A stretch of 64,000 nucleotides of DNA from Amphiscolops sp. MND2022. Its lineage: Eukaryota. The stretch's first letter is position 1, and each line of letters begins with the position of its first letter. A program made the position numbers and the translations under genes. The stretch is from contig OZ076410.1 of assembly GCA_964187785.1 (NCBI GenBank), positions 77,934,001-77,998,000 of the forward strand. The letters are read 5' to 3'. Shown one piece after another: positions 48,402 to 60,283 of this stretch. The notes beneath the pieces were generated by a model. The model did no database searches. It was not told where the DNA came from and was given only the letters and a program-made list of their open reading frames with translations.

Positions 48402-50328
48402 GTTGTTGTCTCCACCTAACTGTTGTCGTTGGATTTGATTGTTTAATATAATCGTCAAGGTAGTTAATGTACAGTTCCGTTTGTTGAATGCGAGACAACG
48501 GTGAATGTCATGCCCGATTAGCATGAAAAATGACGACGGAAACATGACGCCGTCAACTAAAACTAAAAACTTTTTATTTCAATAAAATTAGCTTACATGT
48601 AAATTCGTTGAGTACCAACAACTGCAACCATTAGTTGTCAAAAACAATTCATCACAATTTTGAATGCGTCAAAGTTCAGACAACTGTGCTAAACAACGAC
48701 CAAAACTCTTAGTCAAAGAACATTATTTGCTCTAGTTGATGCCAAGTGAATATGTCAAATACATATAGACGACCAAAACACTTGGTCGTCAACTGAAGTT
48801 CATTCTATTAAAGTCACTTCCTGTTGCTTACTTTTATAGTTTAGTATTTGACGACCGGCCTAACCAGTTGTCAATCAGTTAAAATATTTACATGAAGTAT
48901 CCGTGCACTTAGTATTCATACATGAAAATCGTAAACACTGCCATGAAATTTAGTCATCATTTGCATCCAACACTCATTTAGTTGTCACTTATTTCCCATG
49001 AGAATCATAACCATACATACAACCATGACCTTCAGTCATCATTTGCTTCAATTATTCATTTAGTTATTAAACCATAAATACTACCATGACCTTCAGTCAT
49101 CATTTGCTGCAACAAATTAAAGTTCATGTAATCCTCCCTTAACGAACATGCAACAACTACAGATCAAAGACGTAAATGACACATATCACGAGTGATGACG
49201 TCTCAGGACACACATCAAAGACGATGACGTCGCGAATACTACGTCCTTAAAAAAATTACATGCAAACTCAAAAGTTTACCTGTTTTAATAAAAGTTTTAA
49301 TTTACCTGTTGCATATTCGTTTTGGAAAGTGTGGACACTGTCATTGTAATCGGATGTGGATGTTTTTATTTAAGCTGAGTTCTTTCCTTACACGAATTTA
49401 CGTACAGTCATGTGATAAAAGAATGGAACCCCCTTTGGTAATTGAGTTTGGAACGCCTATTAACTTTGCGAATTAATAATGAATTGGTAACTATGAGAGT
49501 AGATATGGACTTGACGACTGGTTTTTCCAGTAATACTTGTGTGAACTCCAAGTTATTGAACGGAAACATGAAGGTTATGATTATGGATGAATGGTATTGA
49601 CGACTGATTGTTTCAGTCATGCCCACGTGCATATGGTGAAATGCACAAAAAATGGTAAATGCACAATGGATGACTGGTTATTCCGGATACAGTGAAATTT
49701 GCTAGTCCGTAGATTCACAATAACGAATCAATCCAGCCAAAGTCCGCCAACGAAAGCCGTCTGCATCCAACTTTAAATGTACTTTCGAATGAGTCCAACA
49801 CCCGTTTCGACACAAAGTATAGAAGTTTTATATTGAAAAATTTATAATTGTGTATTAAAAATACTTTATTGAAAATACTGAGAAGTGGCGAAATGCTGCA
49901 AGCGACTGCAAACGCATTTTCGTCAAAATCACAATAACATGCGTTTTTATTAGGAATACTAAAGATTAGTATAAGAAATCCTATTTGTGTATAATGAATC
50001 CTTTTTGTGTATAAGAAATACTGTTTGTCTATATGTTCTCCGCGGAAATAGTATAACTTATACTTGACACTAGTATAAGAAATCCTTATAATGGGGTTAT
50101 TTATTAGAAATCCTAATAAGTCGCATTAGGTTTTTTTTGATAGCAGGTATATACAATCCTCCGTTTTCACCAAAGATTAAAAATCCCTAAATTTTCGAAA
50201 AAGTTAAAACATACAAATAGGTAATATTAATACAAAAAATAATACATTAGGGGCCAGTGAAAATTCCCTTGTGGAGCATTTAAGGATATTTAATAAACTT
50301 TTGAGGCTCGTAGTTGTGTCTTGTAATG

Positions 50329-51896
50329 GTTTTGTGTTTTGTGTCGAACTTTTAGTGTTTTGTGTGTTAGTTTGCTGTTTTACAGCTGTCATTTGTGTTT
50401 TGACTAAGGGCTCATCTGCTTCAAGTCCATTGAGTTCCATTTCGCGTTCTAAGTGTCGTACAATTTGGTCGTAGGTACCATTCTCAAGGTACGCTTGGTT
50501 GATTGATTTCTTTAGATGAGGAGGCATTTTTGCGTATATGAGACTTTCGATCATCTGTGGCGCTGCTTCCCCAAACGCTTTTTCAGCACTCTCTTGTAGA
50601 TCTTCGAGAAATTCGGGCAGCTTCTGGTTTTCGGGTTGGAACATAAGCCTGTTGAATCTATGTTTGGCTGAAGCACTAGATTCAGGCTTGACATACTTTC
50701 TGCGGACGACTACCAAGATGTCTTCAAGTGTTGTGGTAGGTGTGCGTTGTATGTTTTTAAAGGTTTTTAACGCCAGTCCTCTGAGATGGGCGTGAAAATG
50801 GTTTGTTTTCATCTCTTCAGTGAGATGAGGTTGCATCTTGAGTGTGGTGTGAAAAAGATCTTCAAAGTACTCGAACTTTTCATTTTTTTCCAATTTACCG
50901 TTAAAGGTGAGTGTGTTTTTCGGGTGATAGAGTGAGGGTTCTGGGTTTTTCCGTGCCAGTTTTTCAATTGCTAATGCAATTTGGTTGACAGGGTCTGATG
51001 TTTCAGGATGTTCGAGAAGAGTTGTTGCGTGTGGTCCAATTGTATTTGTTGTGTTAGAGTTAGTAGAGCTTTGTCTCAGAATGTTCCTGGTAGGTCCTGT
51101 CACCATGTGATGATCGGTATTCTCCTGTCTGTTTTCGTTTATAATGATGGTTTCGTCTAGTGTCTCATTAGCAATTCCGAGTGGATTGTATGGTTGTCTT
51201 AATTCACTCATTTCAGATGGGCAAAACCGATCATCCTGATTTTTGTCTCTGTCTAATGTTGTATTTGATGCATGATTGTTCCTGAGACTTCTATTTTTCG
51301 AGTTAGACGGACCTGGCCTATTGTTCTCGGCATCCTCTTCATCATTTGCCAAATTGCTTTCTCTATTTGTTCTAATTTCTCTAAGTATCTCTTCGAATTT
51401 ACTATTAAGTTGCTGTTCAATTTGTGTCATCTTGTTACTGTTCTGTTCAAATAATCTCTGGGATATTACTTCTATTTCATTGCTGATTTGCGAAGGTTCT
51501 GTCAGTTTGCTACCTAAGTTCCTGTCAAAAATGTTATTAACATTTTCAGAAACATCAACTAAAGTCGCATTACCTTGAGTGAAGCTTGTTTCTGAAGTAT
51601 TCTCTTCTCTGTCCGATGACTGAAATTCTATCCTTCTTGAACGTCTCTTTCGTTTGTTTCCCATGATGAAAACAGTGTTGAGTGTAGAACTCTTGGAATT
51701 ACAAAGATATTTTGGTGAAATGAAATCGTGGAAGTTATTTTTACAAAGGAAGAAAACTGCAGAGTTTGAGAACTGTGGCTAGTTTGTGAAATTGAGTGAC
51801 TGTGTTCTGCGTGAGATTTTTTCGAATGAATGTGTGGAAAAATGATTTCTTAGGGACTCTCTTCGAATTATTCTATTGGGTGGTATTTTTATAACA
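50329..51896 (-). mobile_element. 5' part of a Gypsy element: LTR 51896-51106, PBS TGGTGACAGGA (51105-51095) and gag (ATG 51664), truncated at 50329
   Basis: TGTTAT...ATCACA|TGGTGAC. Gag core TFNGKLEKNEKFEYFEDLF...LEREMELNG. The ORF runs into the CATTACA inverted repeat. Confidence 0.85.
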
Positions 51897-52019
51897 TGAC
51901 AATCAATTTTATACAAATCATCATAACGTCATGTTTCTAGGGTCAGGGATTAAACATAATTCATAACGTCATATCCCTAGAAGGTCTAAATATAGAACTG
52001 TTATATCAGCAAATTACTG

Positions 52020-52330
52020 TAGAAGCAATATGCGGATTATGACGTTCCGTCAGTATATCCGCATTTATACTGTTTTATGGAAACCGCATAATGCAGTATA
52101 ATTTATCGGTGCTGTTCCAATGCTGTTCATTATGTTAATTATGAATTAAACATCATGCTGTTTTGAGATATTTCCGCATAATGCGGTGAGGAGTATAAAC
52201 GTGTACACGGATGTAGTCGTCATGATGTTTTTACAATACTTCCGCATAATGCGGTAATTACCATAACTATCCGCACGTATGTAGTCATCATACTGTTTTT
52301 AGCTAGAGCCGCATATGTGGCTTAGTAAGA
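52020..52330. repeat. Degenerate minisatellite containing palindromic CCGCATAATGCGG
   Basis: Perfect copies at 52174 and 52242; variants near 52084 and 52309. Confidence 0.75.
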
Positions 52331-52789
52331 ACTGCACAAAGCAGTATAAACTGTCAATGAAAAGAAGTATGAGCACAGTATGCTGTTTCATGGGTAATTC
52401 AACATGCTGTTAATGAATTCTTCCTACATAGCCTTGTTACAAATGCTCTTTTATTTTAAAAGCTATATCAAACTACAGTACACTCTTATAAGGTAAAGTG
52501 GGAGTAAAAATAAAGGCTTGGCTTGGGTCAACTAGTAACATTACCACTAGAGACTAGTTTATTTGGTCAAAGGTTTTTCTTTTCCTTCCGATTTGCCAAC
52601 GGTCAAACCGTTGTTACAATTAAATCAGTGGAGGCAACAAGGCGTCCAATTTAACATTAACGAACACTATAACACAAACGAATGCTAAGAAAATAGCAAC
52701 AAGAACAAACATTCAAAACAATTATCTCAGTTTATGGTAACTTTAAATGTTTTTGAAGTCTGTACCACTGACGATGATTTGATTCGGAA

Positions 52790-53000
52790 TTTCGGGTCTC
52801 GCGTGGTAGAAAGGAGCAAGTTGAACTGGTCATCGGTACTGCACTCCGGACATCCCGCAGGGGAAGCCCGGCGACAGTCGGCAATTTTTAGAGGAAATGG
52901 GTGAAGACAAATGATTTTTTGCGGGGCTACGAAGCTCATAAGCTAGAGTTTGCGTACGATATCGTTCGTAACCAGTCGCTATTGACCTACACTTTGTGGT
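52790..53000 (+). pseudogene. Possible degenerate exon of an unknown gene
   Basis: Coding-like frames (RGRKEQVELVIGTALRDIPQG / DFLRGYEAHKLEFAYDIV) need one frameshift and end at a GTAAG donor. Confidence 0.25.
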
Positions 53001-53641
53001 AAGGATTTGAAGAAATTTTGACATTTTTTACTAACAAAAACCATTGGGCAAAATGGTCGCCTTCGTTTATTTGGAGCACCTACTCAAATTATTGGGAGAA
53101 CTGCAGTTCCATTTGATATAAAATTCATTGACGCAGCTGCACCAAGAGTTGACTCATTTGCCAATTTCGGCTCTTCTCTTGTGTTTGTTCTGAAATCGAA
53201 TATCCGTTTGATGTTCAGTAGTTTTTTCCATGTTTGCTCACATTTTTGTCTGCATCTGTTTGTGAGTCGAAGACAACTGTTCTGTTCTGTTGTTCTGTTG
53301 GTTATTCCTATCGAACATGAGATAATTCGTTATACGAGTTTCGTGTAATTTAAAGCATTTTTGCCGTCCCTCGTTGTATTAGTTCATTGTGAAATTTTCT
53401 TGTCAATGCATGTTTGGCTTTTCGCCGGATTCCCCAGTTTGGCAGTTTTCACAATATTGTTCAGGTTGGTATTTTTTACCTTTAGATACAACGGAATGAA
53501 TCTATCGCGTGTAAAATTTGTGTATATCATAAGCATTAGCACCCATGGTTCAGCTTTGGCTGTCGTGAGTGTTGTGTATGTGTTGCTGACTGTGGTTTTT
53601 GTTTCGATTGGTCGGGCATTGTTGTCTTTTTGTATTTTTAA

Positions 53642-53841
53642 NNNNNNNNNNNNNNNNNNNNNNNNNNNNNNNNNNNNNNNNNNNNNNNNNNNNNNNNNNN
53701 NNNNNNNNNNNNNNNNNNNNNNNNNNNNNNNNNNNNNNNNNNNNNNNNNNNNNNNNNNNNNNNNNNNNNNNNNNNNNNNNNNNNNNNNNNNNNNNNNNNN
53801 NNNNNNNNNNNNNNNNNNNNNNNNNNNNNNNNNNNNNNNNN
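53642..53841. other. Assembly gap (200 N)
   Basis: Run of N; adjacency across the gap is not established. Confidence 1.
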
Positions 53842-54445
53842 AAAACTTGATAATTGCTACACTGCACCATTGTATATTCTAATATTCTATATCTGCTCAA
53901 AAAATACAATAAAGGATTTCAAATGTCTGTTTTCTAAAATATTGCGTGTTAGATTCCCTCTACAGTAATTTCTAATAGCATTGGCTGATGATCGCCAGAT
54001 GGTAATTATTGGTTAAGCTACGTACAAGTAGATCCGTATAGAGGGTGTATGCGGGAGAGTAAGTATGCCCAAAAGTTAATTGCAATTAATTGCTGCCACT
54101 TCAACAATGAAAATGAATTAAGTTTAACTGGGGGTGTTGAATGTCATTTGAACTAAATTGAATCTAAAAAAAAACTTGTTCATGCATCTCAAAGTTGCTA
54201 AGTCTCAAATAATTTGTTCTGAACTATTCTGCCGCCGTTTTAATGTTTGTTCACAATTTGGTCTGAATTAATCTTTGAAACACGTTCTAGTTGAAGTTTG
54301 ACTTCCACCCAAGCTTTGAGCTATCTAGCTATAGCACAAGTTAACAATTTAGCAGAGCTGTCTCGCCACAGCATACTACAAACATTTGGTGACCCGAAAG
54401 GACATTTTTCATCGAAACTGGTTAGATCGTTTCTTTTTTTTCTTC

Positions 54446-55036
54446 ATGGTACGAAAAAACATCTACCTGGACAACCATTCTGAAAATCTTATCTTGTCAG
54501 ATTCGTTATTGAAAGAATTTAAAACTCAATCTTTTAACATTTTATCAGTACCTGGCGCACGACCGGAGGATTTCTACTCGTTTTTACCTCCGTTTTCGAG
54601 ATTTACTCGCATTGTACTTTTTGTTGGAGGTAACACTTTAGAGGACTTTACTACCAAAGGTGGTCTTTTCCGCCCTCGAAAAGATCCCATTGTTGTTGCA
54701 CTTGAAATAGTTGACTTAGCCTACACCCTCTCGCTACGATCAGACAGTGTTTTTGTTGTAGGCATTCCCCCACGTGGTTATAGTTGTTTACAATCGAAAG
54801 TATCTTCATTGAATCGATATTTATCGCACTTTTTAGCAACTACAAGTATTACTTTTGTTGGTATTTCTCATTACCTTTATGATTTGAGTTACATTTCTGA
54901 CGATTTGTGTCATTTTCTCCCGAGAGCGTTTGCGAAAATCCATAAACTCTTGAACAGAAAAGTTTTAAGAGAAAAGTTTCACCCATCGAAAGCAAAGAAA
55001 GGCAAGATTATTAAATCTTGCAGCTATCCCTTTTAA
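54446..55036 (+). CDS. SGNH/GDSL hydrolase-like ORF (196 aa) between the PBS and gag
   Basis: LILSDS (block I), VPGA (II), VLFVGGN (III), VVGIPPR, LN, DDLCH (block V, D-x-x-H). Confidence 0.7.
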   Translation: MVRKNIYLDNHSENLILSDSLLKEFKTQSFNILSVPGARPEDFYSFLPPFSRFTRIVLFVGGNTLEDFTTKGGLFRPRKDPIVVALEIVDLAYTLSLRSDSVFVVGIPPRGYSCLQSKVSSLNRYLSHFLATTSITFVGISHYLYDLSYISDDLCHFLPRAFAKIHKLLNRKVLREKFHPSKAKKGKIIKSCSYPF

Positions 55037-55187
55037 AGTTAGTTTCTTATTCGCCTACGCCTGCCTGCCTGAAAGAGGCTGTGCAGCAATCTTTTGCGGT
55101 AACCTGCCTGAAAGGGGCTGTGTTGCTGTTTTATTTGCCTGCCTGAAAGGGGCTGAGCAATTTCAACAAATACTCGAATAGTGAGAC

Positions 55188-56570
55188 ATGACAGACACCG
55201 AGAGTGTTGAAAAACTAAAACGAGCTAAAGCCTCGCGAAAGGCTCATGTTGCGATAATTACTCGCAAACAAGCCACTTTTGAGCAAATTGCTGGCAAGAC
55301 AACCCTGGAAATAACAGACGAGGATCGAAACACAGCTGAAACTCTTCTAGCGTCCCTCTCCGATAAAAACAAAGTTGTTGATAGCCTTAATCTTGAAATC
55401 CTCGATTTAACTGAAAATACTGATGACCAAATGGAAGCTGAAATTGTTCACCAAGACGAAATAGACATGAAATTGAAAAGTCTCATTCGTAAAATTGAAT
55501 CGTGGTTGAGTGCCAATTTTACAGTACAAGAGAGTCCTCCTGAAGACTCGCTGTCGTCAGTCTCCTCTCATCGTGAGAAGAATATACGTCTTCCCCGGAT
55601 AGAATTGCCAACTTTCGATGGTGCCTACAAGGATTTGGTACCATTCTTTGACATGTTCAAGGGCACCGTTGACAATCATGCATCACTACCTGCAGTGCAA
55701 AAGCTATATTATTTGAAAGGAGCCTTACGTGGAGAGGCCAAGAACTTACTAGCACATCTTCCCACAACTGACGCTAACTATTCAGTGGCATTGAATCTCC
55801 TCCAAGGACGTTACGAGAATCAGTCTATGATAACTAAAGCTCATTTGACCAATATATTTAAGATTGGAGCTGTCAAACCTGATCACCCTGAAAGCCTTAG
55901 AAAACTGCTAAATTCGTTTACCGAGAACGAGATGGCGCTGAAGGCTCTTGGCCTCGGCTCGACAGAATGTGATTTTCTGTGGATTCATATTTTATCGGAA
56001 AAATTGGATACAGTGTCAGCGCGTGAATGGCAATTGAGTAACAAAGATGGTAAAGTGAAGACTTTACAGGAATTTCGCCAATTTCTTGATCAACGTGCAA
56101 CCGCCCTCGAAGCCCTTCTTCAGAAGCTGCAATCTACAAGCGTTTCCCCGAAAGAAAGACCAAAAGAGACCAGCAACGGACAGAGTTATGCAACTACTTC
56201 AAAAGAATGTCCTGTTTGCAAGCAATCTCATCGCATCTACCTTTGTCCTAAGTTCACTTCCTCTGAGGTCTCTGTCCGGCGTGAAACAGCCAAAGAAATG
56301 CGCCTTTGCTTCAATTGCCTCCGCCACGGTCACGCAATCCGGACATCGAAAACAGTCTGCCGCACATGTGGTCAGAAACATCACACACTATTACATGACT
56401 CGAGTTTGAGAATACCTCGTCGCAGTGATACTTCAGAGTTTGCTGGTCATCAGAAAGACACCACCAAGCACACCCCATGCACCATGCTTTCGACAGCTAT
56501 GGTATCCATTAAAGATAGTTTCGGCAAGCTTGTTCATGTCGCGCCTTACTCGATAGTGGCTCGCAGATGA
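55188..56570 (+). CDS. BEL/Pao Gag (DUF1759-like domain plus Cys/His knuckles)
   Basis: IRLPRIELPTFDG, QKLYYLKGAL, CPVCKQSH..C, CFNCL..GH, C..C..KHHTLLH. Confidence 0.92.
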   Translation: MTDTESVEKLKRAKASRKAHVAIITRKQATFEQIAGKTTLEITDEDRNTAETLLASLSDKNKVVDSLNLEILDLTENTDDQMEAEIVHQDEIDMKLKSLIRKIESWLSANFTVQESPPEDSLSSVSSHREKNIRLPRIELPTFDGAYKDLVPFFDMFKGTVDNHASLPAVQKLYYLKGALRGEAKNLLAHLPTTDANYSVALNLLQGRYENQSMITKAHLTNIFKIGAVKPDHPESLRKLLNSFTENEMALKALGLGSTECDFLWIHILSEKLDTVSAREWQLSNKDGKVKTLQEFRQFLDQRATALEALLQKLQSTSVSPKERPKETSNGQSYATTSKECPVCKQSHRIYLCPKFTSSEVSVRRETAKEMRLCFNCLRHGHAIRTSKTVCRTCGQKHHTLLHDSSLRIPRRSDTSEFAGHQKDTTKHTPCTMLSTAMVSIKDSFGKLVHVAPYSIVARR

Positions 56571-59500
56571 GTTTCATAACACATACAATGGTTGAGAAGT
56601 TGAAGTTAAACAAAGAGAGAACCCAATTGAGTCTCAGTGGAGTTGGTGGCATAACCACAAATAAATATACATCCCGTACAACACTCGACCTTGCCACGGA
56701 TCAGGGGACCATCGAGGTCAAAGCCTATGTCCTGAAAACAATAACAGGTTGCATTCCTAGTAGACCATTGGATATTTCGAGATTACCCTCATTGAAGCAA
56801 TACTACTTGGCTGATCCGAATTTCAATACTTCTGCTTCTGTCGATCTCTTACTTGGTGCTGACATCTTCGAAAAATTGATAATGAATCAACGGGAGGAGA
56901 TAACCCCGGGTCTTTTCCTGCGCAAAACTCTTTTCGGCTGGGTCTTTGTTGGCCAACAAGAGTCGCAGACATCGACGGTGGTCGTGAATTGTCATTTGTC
57001 GTTAGAAGAATCTGTCAGAAAATTCTGGGAGATTGAAAACTTTCCATCGCAAACGTTTCAAACCAAAGAAGAAATCGAATGTGAGGTTCATTTCCAAGAA
57101 ACTACCAGAATTTAAAATGATCGTTTTGTTGTAAAATTACCCTGCAAAAAGCATTCTTCTCTTGGTGAAAGCCTGCCTCAAGCCAAGCGACGCTTCGAAT
57201 CACTTGAGCGGCGTTTAGACCAAAATCCTGAATTGAAAGAAAGGTACACAAGTTTCATTGATGAATTTCTTTGCCTTAAACATATGGAAGAAGTACCGGA
57301 AAATGAAATTGTGAAATCATCATCAGAAGTGTATTATCTACCGCATCACTGTGTACTCAAGGAAAATTCAACAACTACCAAACTTCGCGTTGTCTTCGAC
57401 GGTTCAGCAAAAACCAGCAATGGATGCTCGTTAAACGACAACCTGCTGGTTGGTCCTGTTGTTCAAGATAATTTAATAGCCATCTTGACACGCTTTCGGT
57501 TCAATGTTGTTGCATTATCAGCAGACATAGCTAAAATGTATCGACAAGTAGTTCTAGATAATCCGAAGAAGGACTTCCATAGAATTCTCTGGCGTGAAAG
57601 TAAAGATGGACCACTTCGCCACTTGCGAATGAAACGCGTGACATACGGAATAGCCTCGTCGGCTTTTCATTCTACCCGATGTTTAAAAGAGATAGCGAAC
57701 CGCACAGAAAACTCAATTGTTAGAGATTATTTGAATAGATGCTTCTACGTCGACGATTTTCTTGGCGGAGCTCCAACAATTGATGAAGCGAAATCTTTGT
57801 TAGACAATCTTGTTAAAGAACTTCGACGTTATGGCTTCGATTTGAGAAAATGGGCGTCAAGTCATACTGAACTAATCTCTGAGATGCCTGTCGAAATGAG
57901 AGAAAATGCTGACTCACTGGAACTGTTTTCGGAAGAATACAGAATCAAAGATCTTGGTATTTCCTGGCATCCCAATACGGATATGTTTTTTTTCAATGTA
58001 GATCTGGAGGAAATCACGGAACCAACAAAACTCTTTTGTCAGACTCGTCAAAAATATTCGATCCTATGGGTTGGGTATCGCCTGTAATCATTATTTTCAA
58101 AAGTCTTGTTCAGCGCACATGGGTGCAAGATTTGTCATGGGATGACAAACTTCCCGATGACCTGGTTGAGCAGTGGTACAGAATACGTAAGGAACTGGAG
58201 TATCTTAACACGATAAACATTCCTCGTTGCGTTCGGCCTCCAAAAACAACCGCACTTGAGCTCCATGTCTTCTGTGATGCCTCAGAGATGGCTTATGCGG
58301 CAGTGGTCTACATAAAAGCTCGGGGTCCAACAGGTATTTCTTGTAAACTTTTGACTTCTAAGACTAAGGTTGCCCTTGTGAAAGCTCTGTCCATGCCTCG
58401 TCTTGAGTTGTGCGCTGCGACTCTGGGAGCCAATCTTACAAATTCTCTTCGTCAAACACTTGAAGTGTCTTTAGTAACTGCTTGGACCGACTCTACAATC
58501 GTTCCTGATTGGCTTTCCAAGCTTCCCTGCACTTGGAATACGTTTGTTGCAAACAGAGTTGCAACTGTGCATGAAGAAATTCCACACAATCAGTGGAAGT
58601 ACGTTCCAAGCAAGGATAATCCTGCTGACATGGCTTCACGTGGATTATTAGCCTCCGAGATCATAGAAAATGCGCTTTGGTGGAATGGACCGGAGTGGTT
58701 GTCAGCTGATGACGCTGAATGAACTTTGACGCCCTCGACTGAAGAGACACTTCTAGAGCAACGATTGAAAAAAAAGCATATGCACCGTTGTTACACATAT
58801 TCTGCCGTTGAATATTGAAAAATTCTCTTCTTTGCAGAAATTATTTCGAGTTTTTAGCTACGTTCTAAGGTTAATTGCGCAAGTGAAAGTGCGGTGCGGT
58901 TTTAGAATTCAATCTTCCGCAAAAGTATCAGACAGCTTAACTGCTATTGAACTTGGAGAAGCCTCTTATCGATTAGTGTCTTATGAACAACAAAAGCTTT
59001 TGAAGGAAGAATTTTCGTTACTTCAGCAGGGAGGCGAGCTTCCCAAAAACAGTCCCTACATCAGCCTATGTCCCTTCTTTGACAAAGACTTCAATGTGAT
59101 TCGAGTAGGTGGTCGCCTAGCGAACTCTGATTACGGCTCTTTGAAAAAATTTCCTCTTCTCTTACCGAAAACCTCCTCTCTGGTTCCGCTAATCATTAGA
59201 TATTTTCATGAAGCAACGCTTCATGGCGGTGATAGTATGACTCTTGCGGCTCTCCGAGAAACATATTGGATCATAGGAGTCAGAATAATGATCAGAAAAA
59301 TCATCAAAAATTGTATCAAATGCTGTCGTTTTTCCCTGAAGTCAACAACGCAACAGATGGCCGATCTGCCACTTGAGCGGATAACACCATCCCGACCATT
59401 TTCGCAAAGTGGGTTAGATTTCGCAGGACCTTTGAAAGTCAAATGTTCCGGAAAAATTTATATCGCTATTTTTGTTTGTTTGTCAACTAAAGCCGTGCAT

Positions 59501-60283
59501 ATGGAACTTGTCGGTAACTTATCAAAGGACGCTTGTATTCTTGCCTTGAAGCGTTTCTTTGCCCGAAGAGGCACACCGTCAAAAATTCTCAGTGATAATG
59601 GGACTAACTTCATTGGGGCAAGGAATGATCTTCTCAAGTTGAAAGAAGTATTTGAATCAAAAAACAAAGATTCTGTTGTTTCCTTCGCTGAACAACGCGG
59701 AACGGAATGGGTAACAATTCCACCAAGAGCTCCTCATTTTGGCGGTATATGGGAAGCAGCAGTGAAAAGTATGAAACATCATCTTCGTCGTGTGGTCGGT
59801 ACACAAATTCTCCACTATGAAGAGCTTTCTACTATCTTATGTCAAATCGAAGCAGTCTTGAACTCCAGACCCTTAGTCCCGCTTTCTAGTGACCCAAATG
59901 ACTTGCAAGTGATTACACCGAATCATTTTTTAATTGGGGGATCGCCAAACGAACCCGATAGGCAAGAATCAAACATTCCACTCAACTGCCGCTACAGACT
60001 TCTCCAGCAGATCCAAAAGGACTTCTGGAAAATGTGGAAGAAAGATTATCTGGGCTCACTTCAGATAAGGAAAAAATGGGCACAGAGTTCCGCAAATCTC
60101 AAAATTGGAGACCTAGTTCTACTGGCAGACGATGATTGTCGTGCAATGCAATGGAAAATTGGTCGAATTAAAGAAGTATATACCGGAAATGATGGACTTG
60201 TACGAGTTGTTAAAGTGAAAACTCAGCAATGTGATTTAATCCGGCCAATAGTAAAACTTCGAAAACTCCCAATCTCTTGTTGA
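56567..60283 (+). pseudogene. BEL/Pao Pol: protease, RT, RNase H and integrase, with several frameshifts and stops
   Basis: LDSGSQMSF protease across a frameshift; RVVFDGS, ADIAKMYRQV, FYVDD; FCDASEMAYAAVVY, NPADMASRG; GLDFAGP, SDNGTNF, GGIWEAAVK; DUF5641-like tail. Confidence 0.93.

Larger units (their letters stand above)
33747..50328. mobile_element. Candidate giant DNA transposon bounded by ~175-bp inverted repeats (33747-33921 and 50155-50328), with nested insertions
   Basis: Both ends read inward from CATTACAAGACACAACT and differ by about 5 substitutions and 2 small indels. The flanks do not form a TSD, so these may be ends of two separate copies. Confidence 0.5.

Noticed and set aside
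53361-53909. ORFs spanning the N run
   Set aside because: Artefacts of translating through the assembly gap.
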